IMG/VR virus record: IMGVR_UViG_3300043394_000489
Location: 1 to 37,552 of that record
DNA length: 37,552 bases
DNA from: a virus
Lineage: Duplodnaviria; Caudoviricetes
Direction: 5' to 3' (one strand)
Shown here: positions 35,864-37,552 of the stretch, piece after piece
Layout of the letters: the number at the start of each line of letters is the position of its first letter
Numbering within the stretch: the first letter of the stretch is position 1
Position numbers and translations under genes: made by a program
Notes under the pieces: generated by a model
Seen by the model: only the letters and a program-made list of their open reading frames with translations
What the model was told of the DNA's origin: nothing
Database searches by the model: none

Positions 35864-37552
35864 GTAACTTTAAATTAGCGTACGGCACTATACAAAAAAT
35901 TGCTACGGCAACGGCTAATTTGACAGCATCAACAACTAGAGTTTTAGCCAATTTATTTAGCGGAAGTAGACAGGATAGATTTGAGTTAGCAGCAACATCA
36001 AATGATGCATTAATTATTAATTATGATTTAGGGGCATCTACAACTAAGACAGCTAATTTTTTAGCGATAATACGAGCAAAATTATTACATAGAAGCGATT
36101 GCACAGGTGTAAGGCTAAGAGCATCAGCGCAATCAGCATTATCACTTGCAGCAACGCCTACCGCTTGGTTTACAGGCAATAGAGAGGTAACAACATCAAG
36201 CGGTAAGGTTACAACGTGGGCAGATGTTCAAAGTACAAATGATGCAACTCAAGGAACGGATGCTAACAGACCGATTTTAAGTAGGGCAGATAATTCAGAA
36301 AATAGGATTATTTATTCTGAGGATGTTTCACAAGCAAATTGGGGAACTGTAAATATAACAAAGTCAGGTCAAGGGTTTGTTGAGACAACGGCAAGCGGAA
36401 ATCATGCATTGTCGCAATCTATAACTTTGGTTGCAGGGGTTACTTATGAATATGAAGTAGAAGCATTATCGGTCGGTGGTAGAAATGTTTCTTTAGGTTC
36501 GGCGACAGAGGGAAGCGTACGAGTAAATTTAACATCTGGCGCATTGATAACAACAACGGGAGTTTTTTCAAGTACACTAATTGAAGATGCTGGTGACGGA
36601 TATAGGAAAATCAGAGGCGAGTTTACTGCGTCTACAACTTCTAATTATATGTATATTTACTCAATGGATGGGACTAATACATCTTTTACAGGCGATGTAA
36701 CAAAAGGTCTTTCATTAAGAAAAATGGCTATAAAAATAACAGCAGCAGATAGCACTTATATTCAAACAACCGCTAATCAAGTAAGGATGGGGATAAATGG
36801 CAATAAATCGCCTTATTTTGATGGATCTAACGATAGTTTAAGCACTAGTTTAGCAGTAAATCCAACTAGCGGAATGTGGGGCATAGCAGTAATAAAAGTT
36901 AATTCACTAGCGGCAGTTTGTGCCATTATGAGCGCAAGAAATGTAAGCGCATCGGATAGATTGAATGTTTGGATACCGACTAACGGATCAATCGAATGTA
37001 ATATTAATAATGGAAATACAAATCAGATAGGCAGAACAGCACCAGCCGGAACAGTCACAGTTAACACAACGATGGTTATATCTTGGACTTATGACGGCGG
37101 CACATCAGCAAGTGGAATTAAAATCTATAAAAACGGCGTACAGGTAGATAATAATAACAACAATGCAGGAGCTTACACAGTTCCGACAGGTGGGAATAAT
37201 TTATCTATTGGGCAGAGTAACACAGGCAATTATTTTAATGGCTACATTCCAGAAGTTATATTTGCACAAGGATCTACTATTTCAGACGCAAACAGGGAAG
37301 CAATCGAGGCATATTTAACAAGTAGATATATCACAACTCCTTTAGTGCAAGTAGATAATCTTGATACTCAAGAATTAATGGGGGCTAATCAAGAAGATTA
37401 TTTTGTGGAATTTACAGAGTCATCGGCGTTTAAGCATTTTTGGTTAGAGTTAGTAAATGAGGGAACGGCAACTAAATATAATACTAGCAAGATATTTTTC
37501 GGTAAAGCTTTAGATTTTGGCAGAGAGCCGACTTTACCGATCAGCATAAAAT
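35860..37552 (+). CDS. Distal-tail paralog with inserted LamG/concanavalin-like module (3' partial; not in ORF track)
   Basis: ATGA overlap; open for 564 codons to the window end; YFDGSNDSL, ISWTYDG...IKIYKNGVQV...LSIG...YFNGYIPEVI...IEAYL. Confidence 0.85.
   Translation, partial: MSNFKLAYGTIQKIATATANLTASTTRVLANLFSGSRQDRFELAATSNDALIINYDLGASTTKTANFLAIIRAKLLHRSDCTGVRLRASAQSALSLAATPTAWFTGNREVTTSSGKVTTWADVQSTNDATQGTDANRPILSRADNSENRIIYSEDVSQANWGTVNITKSGQGFVETTASGNHALSQSITLVAGVTYEYEVEALSVGGRNVSLGSATEGSVRVNLTSGALITTTGVFSSTLIEDAGDGYRKIRGEFTASTTSNYMYIYSMDGTNTSFTGDVTKGLSLRKMAIKITAADSTYIQTTANQVRMGINGNKSPYFDGSNDSLSTSLAVNPTSGMWGIAVIKVNSLAAVCAIMSARNVSASDRLNVWIPTNGSIECNINNGNTNQIGRTAPAGTVTVNTTMVISWTYDGGTSASGIKIYKNGVQVDNNNNNAGAYTVPTGGNNLSIGQSNTGNYFNGYIPEVIFAQGSTISDANREAIEAYLTSRYITTPLVQVDNLDTQELMGANQEDYFVEFTESSAFKHFWLELVNEGTATKYNTSKIFFGKALDFGREPTLPISIK

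Larger units (their letters stand above)
1..37552. mobile_element. Near-complete tailed bacteriophage genome (siphovirus-like, probably Gram-negative host), circularly permuted
   Basis: Terminase-portal-head-tail-tape measure-lysis order, RecET-like and replication genes, no host housekeeping genes; both ends fall in the same tail gene. Confidence 0.95.

Noticed and set aside
588-35951. Minus-strand ORFs nested in structural and replication genes (e.g. 588, 1545, 2499, 3326, 13969, 22559, 24055, 33038, 34040, 35748)
   Set aside because: They are antisense shadows of well-supported plus-strand genes with no motifs.
1-37552. Stop-codon reassignment
   Set aside because: The standard code gives dense, intact, tightly coupled ORFs using all three stop codons.

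Overview
The window is an AT-rich, nearly complete tailed-phage genome with a siphovirus-like gene order, opened inside a tail gene: the ORF running off the right end (35860 onward) and the ORF fragment at 1-207 appear to be the same protein with a short gap. Modules in order: tail tip (208-3054); lysis region with an SLT endolysin (3091-5645); a three-gene fibre module (5683-8269); a leftward envelope/immunity region with a small HTH repressor (8266-9872); RecE/RecT-like recombination; replication initiator plus helicase loader; many small early genes, including a Gly-rich repeat protein and a secreted zinc metalloprotease; VRR-NUC; a late regulator; ParB-methyltransferase; terminase, portal, head and capsid genes; then tail tube, a frameshifting tail chaperone, tape measure and two paralogous distal-tail genes. 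I found no integrase, ParA, DNA polymerase, reverse transcriptase, tRNA or CRISPR array. The most notable unannotated signals are a candidate ~97-nt antisense RNA with its own promoter and terminator over the leader gene of the replication operon, a ~110-nt three-way-junction RNA in the immunity region, an exact in-frame 48-bp piece of the exonuclease gene inside the neighbouring zinc-finger gene, and a -1 frameshift signal with a stimulatory hairpin. Product calls come from motifs and gene order read by eye; no database searches were run.
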